DNA of 64,000 nucleotides from Balanoglossus misakiensis (lineage: Eukaryota > Animalia > Hemichordata). A program made the position numbers and the translations under genes. The notes below the pieces were generated by a model. The model saw nothing but the letters and a program-made list of their open reading frames with translations, was not told the origin of the DNA and made no database searches. The number at the start of each line of letters is the position of its first letter. The first letter of the stretch is position 1. Shown here piece after piece: positions 27,901 to 41,230 of the stretch. The DNA is taken from contig CM082592.2 in the NCBI GenBank assembly GCA_040954595.2, forward strand, positions 10,128,631 to 10,192,630, read 5' to 3'.

Positions 27901-30742
27901 AGTGCCACTTTTTCCAACTCATCCAGAGAAGACGAGTGTTTTGCTTCCATCTAAACTGAAGGTAAGATATTACAGAATTTGTTTTTATACTAATTGTCTG
28001 AAGTGTGATCAACAATGATGGCATCACCAGTATACATGTAGTTATGGTTGCACTGCAAGTTGAATGTCAATGGATGGTTAACTTTAACTTTCTTTCTGTG
28101 ACAGAATCAACGTGAGAGACTCGCCAAAGTCACGGTGCCAGAAATCGATCACCCGCACTTTGCTGATGCCACAGTTTCGTCCAGCATGAAAGAGCGCCCT
28201 GCAGTTATTCCGGAACCCGTAAGATCCCCGGATGGCAAACCAGTGTGGTCCCCACCAGGGAGTCCCCACACAAAGAAGAGGCTTGCACAGACCGCTGGGG
28301 AGATGAGTCTGCTGGGAGATCTAGAAATGAGCCCACGGATACGAAGTCCAAGACGTGCCTGGACTGAATCAGATCTGCATAGACCAGTAAGATTTCATTC
28401 ACTCTAATGTTGCCAGTAAAATAATTTTTGTAAATACCTGTATTAAAAATGAATATAAAACCTGGTCCTGTCAGATGATGCAATAACGCTTGTCTCTAGA
28501 GGGCGTTATACCACAACTCGTGTTCAAAGCGAAATTGAAGTGAATGTTTTTGTTCTGTACTTTGAAGTATATGCAGACTTCATACCAGAATTCATTTTCC
28601 TATCACCAGGTGCGCAGACATGGAGATGATAAATTAACTGCAGCAGAAGAGGCTGTTGTTTCCAAGCTACAACCTTTATTGGACCAAGCAGAGGTCAGTG
28701 TAGCTGTACAACAATTTAGAAAACAAAGGAAACTGTATTACAAAGTTCTTTAATACGTCAATGAGGAATTGTTGCTAGTTTTCTCAGTTTTCTAATCTCC
28801 GGTTTGTTTTTTCGCCTGACAGGAGATTGCTGACAAATACAAGGAACTACAACGCAGCACTCAACAGTCACTCAGATACAAGCTGTCAGAGAGGTCATCA
28901 GAGGTGGTAAGTGACCTTTGAACTCTTCAAGTGTGCTTTTTGAACCTTTCCACCACTGTACATGTACAGTATGTGCTTGAGTTGAGCCTATGTATTTTCT
29001 GCTGTGACTACAATACACATGTAGGCAGTTTCTGTAGTAGGAGATAATCATTCATTATGCCATCATGTATGATGCTTGATAACTTGTCCACTATGCCATA
29101 CATGGAGCTACAGTCATCCTTACATGGCTATATTTTGTGAATAGCTGCATGACATTGCCAAGTTTTCTATGTATATGAAGAACATTCCTAAACAAATTCT
29201 AAAGATCACCATATAATGCTCCTTGCTTGTAGGCAGCAACCAATGCAGAGTTGCTGAGTGAACTGCTCCTCGAAGACGTTCTTGAAGACACCGCCAAAGA
29301 ATTTCAAAGAATAGAATATGAAAAAGAAATGGAAAGAAAAGTGTTGGAAATCCAAGAAGCACCGACTGTGGAGAGTCTGTTGCAGAGGTTAGAGCGTATG
29401 GAGGTAGGTACTATCTGCAGTGTGTCCCCCAGGCCTGTATGACCCGATGAGTTTTCACATACCTTTGAGTATAATGGCATGAACATGGTAGATATCTAAT
29501 GTGCACTTTTATTCTCCAGACTGAAGAGGATATAATCAGGCAACGCTGGAGCCAAGTCCAATATGGTGAGGTGGACAGGCAACCCTTGCTGAGAACGATC
29601 AGACGGCAAGAACCTACCAGGGACATCGTCACTGACCCAGAACCCATACACTTCACTTCCACAAGACACAGAGATGGGATAACATATGATGAAGCTCTGT
29701 ATGTTGAACCGGCTGATGGAGAGGAGATAGATAGGTACACAGCAGTGATTTTTAGGAAATATTTTTAATACAGAGTGAGAATGTAGACTAGTATCTATCC
29801 TGTGTTGCTTGACTTTGCAATTTTGCATTGTTAATCTTTCACTGTGAACACTAATTAGGAACCCAGTTACACATGCATGATCCATCACTCTAGCTGGTAC
29901 CATGTGATGTGTGATATGTAATTTGTATGCCAGTCACTATCTACACTGAGATCATTGTCATAGCAACACATGTATAGACGCATGAGGGCTTGTATGTTAT
30001 TCTCATGTAAATTCAGGACTCTTTTTTTACACATTTATATTTAGGAGAGGAGGAATTGATGCTGCAGACACTGGTCATCTGTACTTAAGCCGAACTGACC
30101 TTGAACAGTCTGGGCCCACTAAGCACAGGCACGACAAAGTAGTGGCAGCCACAGATAACAATGAAGCAAACAAAGCACCGATTCCACTCTTTGTCTCGGG
30201 TGAAACGATGCAGAGTATTAGAGACTACAGAGAGAAGTTTGATCAGCATCTGAAAAGGACTTCTACCCAGGCGTATGGTAGCTTTGATCCTTGGAAACTT
30301 GTTGATGAGTAAGTGGCAAGTTTTCTGTATGAATGATGAGATGTAAATTAAATATTGCCATTATCATAACATGGCAGACTGCTTTGCATAGAACAACATT
30401 TCGAAATTGCCCCCTGCAATTATTATGCACCTTTTTCTTTTGTCGGTATCAAAATTAATATTTTATTCAAAACCTTAATGATTGGAGTAGGGTTCAATTT
30501 ATGCAATCCAGTCCCTCTCCAGATGCTGTGTGTGGAATTCAATATGTGTTCAATGATTCTCTGGCATTTACACTGTATTGGTAAACACACATGCTGTAAC
30601 CGTGGCCTTTGTGTTTGATTATATTTTCAGCTTAGCAGATGAGATCTTTGATGAACTCCTAGGAGGAGTGTCTGAGGAGTTAGGTGGTGTTGTGGACACG
30701 TATGTGGAAGATGTGTACAAAGCAGAGTTTGGAAAAAACTGA
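24955..30742 (+). CDS. KIAA0753: Protein moonraker (KIAA0753/OFIP), centriolar protein, multi-exon
   Basis: QNQLQFNLDAPSDPTNLATRYLKPGPITVEKL, FSVVSEDKLSLAMRLAKRDVKRK, LTRLAAAHRGAVRALQMF, LSELLLEDVLEDTAKE, APTVESLLQRLERME|TEEDIIRQRW, SIRDYREKFDQHLK...GSFDPWKL and the terminal YVEDVYKAEFGKN* (TGA 30740-30742). A probable 5' UTR exon ends at the donor near 24335. Confidence 0.9.
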
Positions 30743-32984
30743 GTCAACCGAAGAAGTGCAAGAACATGAATAAGTCACTCATCTGTAGATGAGCTGTCTC
30801 AGAGTGCCCAACAATGACATTTGTCAGTTGGGACACAATTCATCAATCCAGGCAAAGCTGTGAATCCATTTGGAGATCTTTGAAGATAAACCACCACAAG
30901 AAGTTATCAGTACACTAATTTATCTGCATATTATTAGCCTAAATTGTACCAGTATACAAATTACCAATATATAAATAATGAAAAAAAATTGCAACTTGTG
31001 CCAAATATCCCACATCCAATCTGAAATATTGTAACAGTATTTAAATCCAAGAATTGTCAATATACTAAGCAATTTGTTCAAATTCAACCAAATTATTTCC
31101 CAATTTCACTCACTTTCCTTCTTTGTCGTTTCTAGTACCAATGGAAGTCAGAAATTCCTGGTTGCCGTGTGTATGTTCCTTCCATCATTGGTTTGTCCAT
31201 TGGTTTGTTGACATGGCCACCCTGACACTGGTAAACACACGCACCATTCAAAACATGTTTTCTCACGGCAAACATAACTCCAGCAGCAATGGTCCACCAA
31301 AGCCATGACAAATATTATTTTAGAAGTGGTCTTCTTTCACGTAATTATTTCAATAAAGGGGATTTTATCAAAGACTCCTATGCACCGTTATTTCTCCCCT
31401 TAATATCTTGTGGTTATGGGATACAAATCATTACTGATAAAGCACAGGTGTTAGATTTTTTTGGCCAAATTGTCTGGACTAATCCATGGTTGTGTATTTC
31501 ATTGTATTTTGTGCAGAGGTTGAATCTTAAAGCAAAATGAAGTATTATAATTTATGCTTTTATGTAAGTGATGACTTGTATATAATTGAAAATTCCATCA
31601 AATGATTCATAATTTCAATAAAGGTGCAAGTATTTTTAGATACTGACATTGTGAATGAGCAGTCTATATTAAATGTTTGGCCTAGCTGTCCACAAAGTAA
31701 AGGGACTATCATGGTTTGGGCTTTATGAAGTGTGATTTTTCCATGGATGTCTTCCTGCCTGGTTTGCATGCTAAGGATTGATATTAAAAACAAAGATGGC
31801 TGTCGCGCAAACAGTACACATTCAGAGGTACATGTACTATTCTTGGGGAAAACAGAAATGTGCAAGCCAACGTCATTGTTTGACATTCATTTCTAAGGTA
31901 TCTGCGTTTAATTAATATAATCTGCTATAGGACTCGTTGAACAAAAAAAACGCCAAAATATAGGCAGCGATATGAAATTTCTGCCAGAGTGATGATAACA
32001 GTTAATCGTCTTAACAAAAATTAGAAATATGATAAATTTTTAATAGTTGGCAATATTCCCAGGCACCTGAATTGACTCAGTCACCCATCAATTAATTATT
32101 CATGAGAGTCCAGATCGAGAGTCATTGGCCAGGCGGTCATTCGCACTAGCAACAACAGTGTGTGGTATTACATCATTGATTAACAAACTTTGATGGAAAC
32201 TGTAGGCCTGGGAATGTATTTATGTGCTTACTATAATATATCATGGACGTCCATGAATATATCCACTGTCAGTTTTAATAGCTGATTTCAATTACACATC
32301 TCAGGGATGCTATTATAGGTAGGCTGGTGACTAGAAACGTTAATGTTACTCCATTCATGATTGCATGTTTTAAAACACTATGAACCATTGTGGAATTATT
32401 AATTTTCATAATTTGCTTGGACGATCATGGCCAAGCATAGAGCTACCTCCAAGCTTGGACCAATAAATCTTACTATGCAAATTGTTTATGCAGTGGTTTA
32501 TGCCCCACCCACCCCACACATACACACTTATGTTTTCTCTCGGTGAAGAACACGTGCAAGAGCACGAGTGGTTTTGTCAGAACTAGTCTAGAGGGGTACT
32601 TGTGTATATTGTTTATGTGGAGCAATAGTGCGTTGAAAATTTTATGGAGTATAAGTAAGAAAGTAAATGATGATCATAGAGATATAATCATGAGACATGC
32701 ATGTTTCTCGTAGGAAATTGAACATCAGTTTTGCAATCGACACTGTTCTTGAAGTGGGGATGCTATGGCTGCGTCCCCGCTTCTCACACCCTGCTAAAAT
32801 AGTGGATGAGCCTGGCTTACATAATAGTGTTGATTTTGAAAGTAGCTAAACATGTAACTAGGCCAAAGCTCGACAGGGTTGTATCGCCCAGCGCGTGGTA
32901 AACTGGTTTAAACTGGTCTTGTGTATCGCGCCGAGAGTTTGATTACTAGACTTGGTTTAGACACGATCACGCTGCAATTCAATC

Positions 32985-34598
32985 ATGCCGAAAAGAAAGC
33001 GCGCCACAGCAAAGAAACAGAAAGAGAAGGATGTTGTTGAGCCAGAGATTGTTCCCCCAGAGATAGAAAAAGAACCGGAATCGCCGCCGAAGAAGTCTAA
33101 GGTCGCGGAAACGAAGGCAGAAGTTGTAAAGGAAGCGAAGGTTACTACTGGCGATGAGGGGGAAACGACGAATGGTGACGGTGATGGAGCAGCAGCACCA
33201 AGCGCCGCCGAAGAGCCCGATGCGGACAGTGATGGAGAAGATTCTCCCTCGAACGGGGACGGAGGAGATGCTGAACCAAGTGGCGAAACCGCGGTAGATG
33301 GCGGCAAGAAAACTGCTGTTCAAAACGGCGATGAGAAGGATGAGGCAAATGGCGACAGTGAAGAAGAGTCTGACGACAATGGCGACGGGAAAGAGACCGC
33401 GGACGCCGAAAAAGTGGAAGAAACCACCAAGGAAGAAGACCCAACAGATCAGAAGGAAGAACAAGAACCCGAGAAAAAGAAGCGTGGACGTGGCCGCCCA
33501 CCAAAAGCCAAACCAAAGCTAGAACCAAAGCGATCTGAACCAGAAGAAGAGGGCGTGACGAAGAGATCAACGCGAACCAGTTCCGCGCCAAAAGAAGACA
33601 AACCTGTCGCGAAAGCTAGAGGGAGGGGACGACCTGCAGGAAAATCTGCCAAGAGTGGATCAAAAACGGTGCAAAATGAAGCAAGCAGGCGTAGTCTCAG
33701 GGTTAATATTGAACATTGGTAAGTTTACATTTTTTTTTGCAAACATTAAGTTTACATTTTCCCCCAAACATTAGTTATGTAAATAGGCAGCCTTGAGTAT
33801 AGTTGCTAGGTTACAGGGGGATGAATTACTTTCTTCATCTTGGTGTGCTGGGTCTAGCGAAGCAACAATAGAACAATATGTTGAGTTCTTTGTCCACTAT
33901 GATGACCAGCAATACTGGTATGTTGTATTCAGACATGTTTTGCTGGAGGAAGTCTGTCAAATCTCCAAAAAATTAAAGTATGTAAAGTTCCAGAAATTTA
34001 TTGATGTAGGCATTTACCAGTATATTTTTTACATCCATGATAACCCATGTTTCCATTTCTCTTTCAGCAAATCTTGACATGTGTACAAACGCAATGCTAA
34101 ACAGCTGACAGAATCTTTGGGGGAAGCATTTCCAGATGTGCAGGTGCAGTCTTCTCTAGGTCGGTCAAAAAGCTTTGAATGTGTGCTGATAAAAGAAGAT
34201 GGCACTGGTAAGTATCCGGGTGAAATTGGTAAAATAATCCGTGTCGATGATGACCCATCACTATCAAAGCAGAAAAGATCATGTAAATTCATGTTCTAAC
34301 TGCAGTTCCAACAGTGCCCTCAACATTACATTTAGAGTATAGAAAGTGGTCTTGCCTTGAAAATAAAATCTTTACTACTAAAGTCTCAGGGGGAGGGGTC
34401 TTCATCCCAAAGAATAAATTTTGGCGTTGTGGTGATGCCCCAAAAATATATCTGCATTGTAAATTTGTTGTAACTTTGGTTTCGGCAGAGGTTCTGGTTT
34501 GGAGTGGGATAAAGAAGGGACCACCACGCAAGCTGAAGTTTCCAGACTCAGTCGTGATAATTGACTCGATCAAGGACCATATCAAAGCCGATGGTTAA
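32985..34598 (+). CDS. SELENOH: Selenoprotein H with long acidic/AT-hook N-terminal extension; in-frame TGA (34075-34077) read as selenocysteine
   Basis: Exons are 32985-33718, 34068-34207 and 34489-34598. Splicing CAT TG|C AAA TCT TGA CAT GTG TAC AAA CGC AAT GCT gives IEHCKSUHVYKRNA (human SelH as recalled: IEHCTSURVYGRNA). It continues SKSFECVL and VWSGIKKGPPRKLKFPD. A SECIS lies downstream. Confidence 0.93.
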
Positions 34599-34854
34599 AA
34601 GCGTTATTCTCTCAAGTAAGTAATGAAGATGAGTCATATTGAAAGAGAACTAGTGAAATGTGTTGCAGTGTTCTTGTCCATTCTGACAAGATGGTAAAAG
34701 TGAGTTGAAATATGTCTTCAAAATCACAGTTTCACCTTCTCTGTCATACTGGCCACAGAAAAGGCAGTCTTGTACAGCAAATGCGTCCATCTCACCACGT
34801 ACATGTATTTCTCTTTTAGGTGGAATTTTCCAAAGCTGTGGCAAGAGTGATGGT

Positions 34855-34926
34855 GTGAACACAGCCTTTATGATGGAAAATAATGAAAGCCTATGTTATT
34901 TTCCTGAGCCCTCTGGTTGTGTACAC
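34855..34926 (+). promoter_or_regulatory. SECIS element in SELENOH 3' UTR
   Basis: Helix I is ACACAGCC/GGTTGTGT. The core is ATGAT (34870-34874) opposite TGAG (34905-34908). Helix II is the 11-bp GGAAAATAATG/TGTTATTTTCC. The apical loop starts with AAA (34886-34888). Confidence 0.9.
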
Positions 34927-36031
34927 TGGACTCTATGCTGCATAATCTGAACATTCCATTTGATGAGAAAGAAAACGTGAAGACCTGATACAACAGCAGA
35001 AGACTCAATCAATTTTTAAGTGTCAAAGGTCATCTCCTGCCTCATGGACCTGATACTGCTTAATTACCCAAGTTTAAGATGTGGCTGTTTATTTTGGCTA
35101 CATATTTTGGTGTGAGTGCGAGTAATATTTGTTTTTGTAAGGCACATTACTATTAATGTTTGAAAGTTTCATTGCAGTTAGAGTTCGGCCGTTCTGAAAA
35201 GTGAACAATTTGGAATTCCGATCTCTCTTCACTTTCTGGATTTCTCAGAGTGAAACTTGTGAGCAAAATTGTTGTTGGCAGAATTTTCATTTGCAGGTGT
35301 TTATGACCGCTTACTGTTGTGTGTGTGTGCCTGTTGCATCCTCCCTACTGTATACGCCCAGCTTCATACAAAACTGCCTTTTCAGTGAAGACCGTGACAA
35401 ATCAAACTGAAGTGATTTTTTCTCATCTAGCTAGGGAGCAAAGCTATCCAAGTTCTGTGTTAGTCATCGATAATCTCTTTGTCTGTGGTTTTGTTGAGTA
35501 TCATTGTCATCAGGTTTAAAATTTGAATCAATTTATGAAATAAAAATACTTTACTTTTGACATATTTGTAGCATTTGCCTAAATGTTGTAATTGATTCCA
35601 TGTACAAGTGGCAGCTTTTGTTTTTTCTTGAACATCACTGTAAGAAAATCATTTTCTCATCCAAGTATTTTTCTAGTTGGTGTCTCATTAGTTTTCAACA
35701 CAGTACAAATGATCAGAATAAAGATTCTTATATCTCCTATAACTAGAATACAAGTTACTGGTTATTGTCCACAATTTCCTTTATTTTTGGTTGCCATAGC
35801 AACACATTAAACTGAACATTCAACATAAGTGAATTTTGGGAGATGTGGTCACCATGTACCAAAAGGTCAAAGGTCATAAACGTTGCCCTCTAGAGGGGTC
35901 AGTTCGCCAGGTCTCTAGCTTGTAATCTGCCCACTGAGTGACTACTGGTTGGCCAGTATGACATATTGCACACCGAAATGCCTGTAACAAATGAGCAAAG
36001 CAAAAAACTTAAAGGCTTTGAAAAACAAGTC

Positions 36032-39000
36032 TTAAAATCTCATGTCACTGTATCTATAATCATCCTTTCCATCATCACTATAGCTGTCAACAACCTCTTT
36101 CTCAGTCAGACTATCTTCACCCACATCGACACTAGAAGATGTGGTTTCCTCAACTTCTTTAGTCTCTTCAGAGTCTTCAACTTGTGCTGGACTTGTCTTC
36201 TGTCGGACTTGTCTCTCTCGCTCGAAGACTATGATCATTTCACAGTGTTTGGTGTGTGGGAAGAGATCCACAGGTACAGCACAGATTGGTTTGAATGGTT
36301 CACCCTTCAGTCGGTTGGACGTTGGCCTACACAGACTGTGACAGATAAAAGTATTCACAACTTTAAATCATTTGCCACAAAAACCACCAGGCAGCATAGT
36401 TCTTAAGGTAAAGACTTGATCAAATATAAATGCACTGTTTTCGGTAACTTCACATGATACAGTTGTGGACACTAGGTCCTGTATCTCGTTGTATCAAATG
36501 CCTTGACCCTTTCACCACCATGGTTTGGCCCAAATTTCTACCCATTCAATGCCAAATACTGGACATGCAACTTACTCTGTAAAGTTATGTTCAGCTGAGC
36601 GAGGACTGCACGAGACGTAGAGAAGTTTGTTGAGAAACTGACATCCTCTGATAGCCCGGATTACCTTGTGGTCTGAGAAAACAAAGTGAAGTCTGTAAGG
36701 ATTGAGACCATGAACAGTAAACATGCCAAAGTGATGAAGAACATTCTACTTTATTGTCAAGGCTGAGATGTACAAGTGCACAGATAAAAGTAAACTGATA
36801 AAAACTCACGCAATCCAGCTCTTGGAGGATCCAGAATACCAACAACATCTGAACAACCAAAGATATCATACATGGCCTTGAACATGACGTCCTCCACTTT
36901 GCCACAAATGTACTTGACATTTTTGATGCCTGGAAGATGACATGCCACACATTTTAATAACATTGGAGTCTCAAAGCACATCTGATGCATGCATGGGCTG
37001 ACTGGGATGAAGAAGGGTGTTTGGGTTGGCCCAAGCTACAGATGTTTTACTTACCATTCTGCTGTGCGTTATATTTTGCATCCTCTATGGCTTGTTCGTT
37101 CATTTCAATTCCAATCACTCTGTTCACATTCTGTGCAACAGAAAAAAGTTGTGAAAAAAAGTAAAATCGCAAAATTTTCACAATGTGGATTTCACCTTGA
37201 TAAGTCTTGTGCTGTAATGGATAACAGACATCTCAACTACAATGCAAACATGACCTACCTTTGCCAGAGAGAGTCCAATAGTGCCAGTTCCACAGCATAT
37301 ATCCAGTACTGTTGTATTCTTGCTTGCATTGCACAATTCTTGTATGGTGCTGTAGAGTATCTCAGCAGCTTTTGTGTTGACTGTGACGAAATACAATTGG
37401 CAAAATATAACAATTTTGGTTTGGTCGGGTCGAGAAGGACAGCATCAGATGACCAGGTGACTGATACACCAAGAGTGTATTTTACTTCCATACATTATTA
37501 CATGTATACTCAAGACTGATTTCTCACCTTGGAAGAAAGCATCAGGGGAAACGCGAAATGTCATGCCCAGTAAAGTCTCGCATACAAATGAGTCACCAAA
37601 TAACACTTCAAAGGGTCCATCTACTTCATGAACACTTTTCTCTCCAATTCTGTAAAAACAGTGTCAAAGTATTAATGTGTCATGTTTGTGTGTACAGAAA
37701 AACATGTCCAAACCTTACATGAAAGGGACTCAATATGAAATCATGTAAATACTTGCCTTTCTTTCTGAAGCTGTAATAACAATGAACTTGGTCTGTGGTC
37801 CTTACCATCCCCCTCATCAAAAAATAATTTCAATGATTTCTTCTCCTTTTCTATGTCCTCCTGAATAAATAAAACATCATCAATTGACTAGCTACTGACC
37901 AATCAATTTTATTCCTACGCATATCTTGTGGTTGGCAAGCATATTCCCATACATGCAAATGTATCAACCCTCACGTGTACATGTATATTGCCAACAACAT
38001 TATGTTTGCTCGCATGTTTGAAAGGAGATGGTAAACTATTACTGACCTCGGTTAGGTCATTTATATTCATGAGTATGTTGGCCATCACGTGTCCGTTCTG
38101 TGAGGTTCTCACGGTCACCTGTTTCCAGCATCCTTGATGGATGTGATTGTTATAGCCAGGATGAGGTGACTGCTGTATGTAAGTCTGAACACACTTCACA
38201 ATGTCCTTCATTGACTGTGGTATGATGGTACACTGACTGGGCTCCACAACAGTGTCAAAGCCACCTGTTTGCCAACAAAGAAGACAGAGCATGCTCAGTG
38301 AGAATTATACACAGCCTCTGCATATTAGTACTATACGTATGGTATATTTTGTAGTGATAGGATGTAACATTTGAAATCTGTCACCAATGAAAAACATTCT
38401 TGACTGGGGTAATTTCCTACCTTTGTATCGGCCCAATTTAAATCCAACAGTTTTCTCTGTGAAGTACATAAGAGAAAAAAAATCATCACTCACTTTGAAA
38501 TGAGATTTTCATTTGAAAAAAATACCACATTATAGTGACTTTTACACTCTACCCGGATGGCAATATACAGTGTAGGATTTAACGATGCAATTTGTCAGAA
38601 ACTCACCTTGTCCATCTGGGCTGACTCCAATGGAAAACTCTGATTTGTTCCTATAGGCATCAACCACTGGCTGCAAAGAAAGATGATGGCAATTTCATTG
38701 AATTAAGGTATTTTTCCATAATACTGACACAGATACCGGTAGCCATTTTAAGCTAATCACAGAGAATGTGAAAGATGACTTCTTACCGATGGTATAATTG
38801 GCTCGAGTTTGCAGCACTGATGTTTATGAAGTTTCCTGTGAGGGAAAGATGAAAATTTAGTTTTGTTAAAATAATTTATATTATAAAGGTCAAACTTATG
38901 GCAACTTGAATAACTTGACAACCCTACACTTCAAAGAAGTAGAAGTTGTTGACCCACCTTTGTGATCTGATGTAAGAGTTCAAGTTAGGACAGTGTTTTT

Positions 39001-40453
39001 CAAATTTCTTGGCCAGAAATTTCAGAAAGTCTTTCATGTCTTCCTCTTTCATTTTCAGTTGTTCTTCGTAAGGTTTCTTCCACAATGGTGATACTGCATT
39101 ATTTAGCCTAGAACAGAAGGAAAACAAACATTTTGGTCATAATTGGCTGCATCATTAAAGGTATACATTCACCTTGGCATAGTTTGTATTACACTCTTTT
39201 ATATCAAACCGTTTCAAGTCACCAATCAGTGCCTGGTTGATTACCTTTCATGGAGTGGTATACTGTCATCCAACAGCATGCTGCTTTTATCTTCTCCCTT
39301 TCTCATCTTCCTTTGCGATTCTGAATCTTTGGAGTCTGCTTTCCTCTTCTGAACATTTCTGATGAGAGGGTCTTGAGTTGGATTGGCTTTCTGATTGTGT
39401 TTAAGAAATAATGCAATCACTTATTCTCCATTCAGATATGATATTTGTCAAAGCATCTTACAATATATCCATTTTAATAATTTTATGTTGTTAAAAGTAT
39501 CATCAGTCTGAGTGTACAGGTAATTTACCTTTGCTGTGAGTTGACATTTCTTCCAGGTATATCCATTTACAGCTTGTAAGGCAAACTCTCTATCTTCGTC
39601 ACATCTATGGAAAAACAATTGGCTGGAATGGGATGGGGCTTATAGAAATGGAAGTACCGGTAGTGCAAATTTAAATGGGAAATATCATTTATCAATATCA
39701 ATCATTGACCATTTTTTTTTACCTGAAAGTGACAAAACAGTAAGTTGCACGGTTCAAGATTTTGATTTTGTTTGGCTTTAGCTTGAGCTGGTTGGTCAGC
39801 ATTTTCTTCAGTTGCTGTGTAGAGAATTATGATGGTATAAAAATTATGTTCAAAAAGAATAGTTCATTTTGCAGCCAGTCATTCATACTTATCAGTTGTG
39901 ACTATCTATCATGTGCCTGATAGTACTTGCATTACTAACAATATTGTGAATCTATTCCAATCGTCTAGTTTTCCCCATTTATCTAAATACCAACATACTT
40001 GATTCAGGGCTACACCGCCAATATCAATATCCCTGGACGCAGTAGAAAAAACTGTGACAATTACATGTAACATACCCCATGCCCATAATGCTTTGGCAAA
40101 TTATTCACTTCAATTTTGTAGATTTCTGATGTAAATTCTTGTCTTCTGGTGTAGGATAATGGATCACTTTCATCATAATCGTGTTTTTCACTGACATCCT
40201 CAGATTGCTTTTCATCTTCCACATCCTCATCTTTTGGAATTGCTTCAACTTTTATTTCTTTTTTCACAATTTTGTATATTTCTGATGTAAATTCTTCTCT
40301 TCTGGTGTAGGATAATGGATCACTTTCATCATAATCTTGTTTTTCACTGGCATGGTTTTCATCATTCACATCCTCATCTTTTGGAATTGCTTCAACTTTT
40401 ACTTCTTTTTTCACTGTCACTGCCAGTCCAACATCATCTACGCCCGTTTCCAT
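36032..40453 (-). CDS. TRMT2A: tRNA (uracil-5-)-methyltransferase homolog A
   Basis: [14 protein letters not shown] (RRM start), [62 protein letters not shown] and [19 protein letters not shown]. Stop at 36032. The start is taken as METGVDD (40453). Confidence 0.94.
36507..36550. mobile_element. Truncated copy of the short MITE-like family in a TRMT2A intron
   Basis: CCCTTTCACCACCATGGTTTGGCCCAAAT matches the left end of the copies at 50256 and 44710 (reverse). Confidence 0.5.
40112..40414 (-). repeat. Intra-exonic tandem duplication (147 bp + 156 bp) in TRMT2A first coding exon
   Basis: [16 protein letters not shown]...[23 protein letters not shown] (40268-40414) is followed by [16 protein letters not shown]...[23 protein letters not shown] (40112-40267). 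Confidence 0.95.
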
Positions 40454-41230
40454 GGCAATTTCTCCCTCGTCTCCAAAATCAATCTGTATGTCCGAATAAA
40501 AAAATGTTAAGATTTCATACGCAGTTGAACGTTCGAAATGAAAAAATGGCAGACCAGATACTGGGCTTACGGACGCTTGTACATAATGGTCGATCAACAA
40601 GCCCCTGTGTGTTCGAACTGGTGAATGTTTATCATTTGCCGTACGATCCCGTTACAACTATAAAACCCGGAAGTGAACGAAGTTCATGTTCAGCACAGAA
40701 ACACTCGAAATGTTTTCCCGCAAGCAGTGATCACAGCAAAGTCGACATTTCTTTTTCAACATATCTATGCTACTTATTGATGCGTAGATGCGCATTATAC
40801 ATACATACCCTAGTTACAGGCAAGATCGCAGCCGGAACTTTTATTCGGAAACAGATTCACACATGGAGCCCCCGTTGCCTCGTTTTGAAAAATGGGAAAG
40901 CTCCAACCGCCTAGCTTAGTAAAACTGGCCAAAATTGACATGAGTACCAAAAACTCGGTTCAACCACAAAAACACGGCATTTTGTATGGTGTGAAATTTG
41001 CCTAAAGTGTATTCCAGAAAACATGTTGACAATTATGCGTATATCCCTCTTTTAATGATATCAAAAGCCAATGTTTCTGTACAGAATCTAGGATAAATAT
41101 GTGTTATTTACGCTAAGTTAAGGGTGCTTTATCAAGCGGGAAGCCGCCATCGCGATAACTAGACGTCTATCGAAGTGAGCGGTATCATTGGTTAACTTAT
41201 ATTTTTTATCCGTCATCATCTGAAATTATC
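40454..41230. promoter_or_regulatory. Bidirectional promoter region TRMT2A/RANBP1
   Basis: Divergent start codons are ~780 bp apart and the region is CpG-richer than its flanks. It contains an ETS motif CCGGAAGTG (40667-40675), an E2F motif TTTCCCGC (40714-40721), and GCGGGAA plus a YY1-like GCCGCCAT near 41137-41150. Confidence 0.7.

Noticed and set aside
28492-28512. CTCF-like motif CTCTAGAGGGCG (similar at ~2586, ~15040, ~35885)
   Set aside because: These are short partial matches with no way to assess significance or occupancy from sequence alone.
32957-33652. Several antisense ORFs over SELENOH exon 1
   Set aside because: These are shadow ORFs of a GC-rich, low-complexity coding exon.
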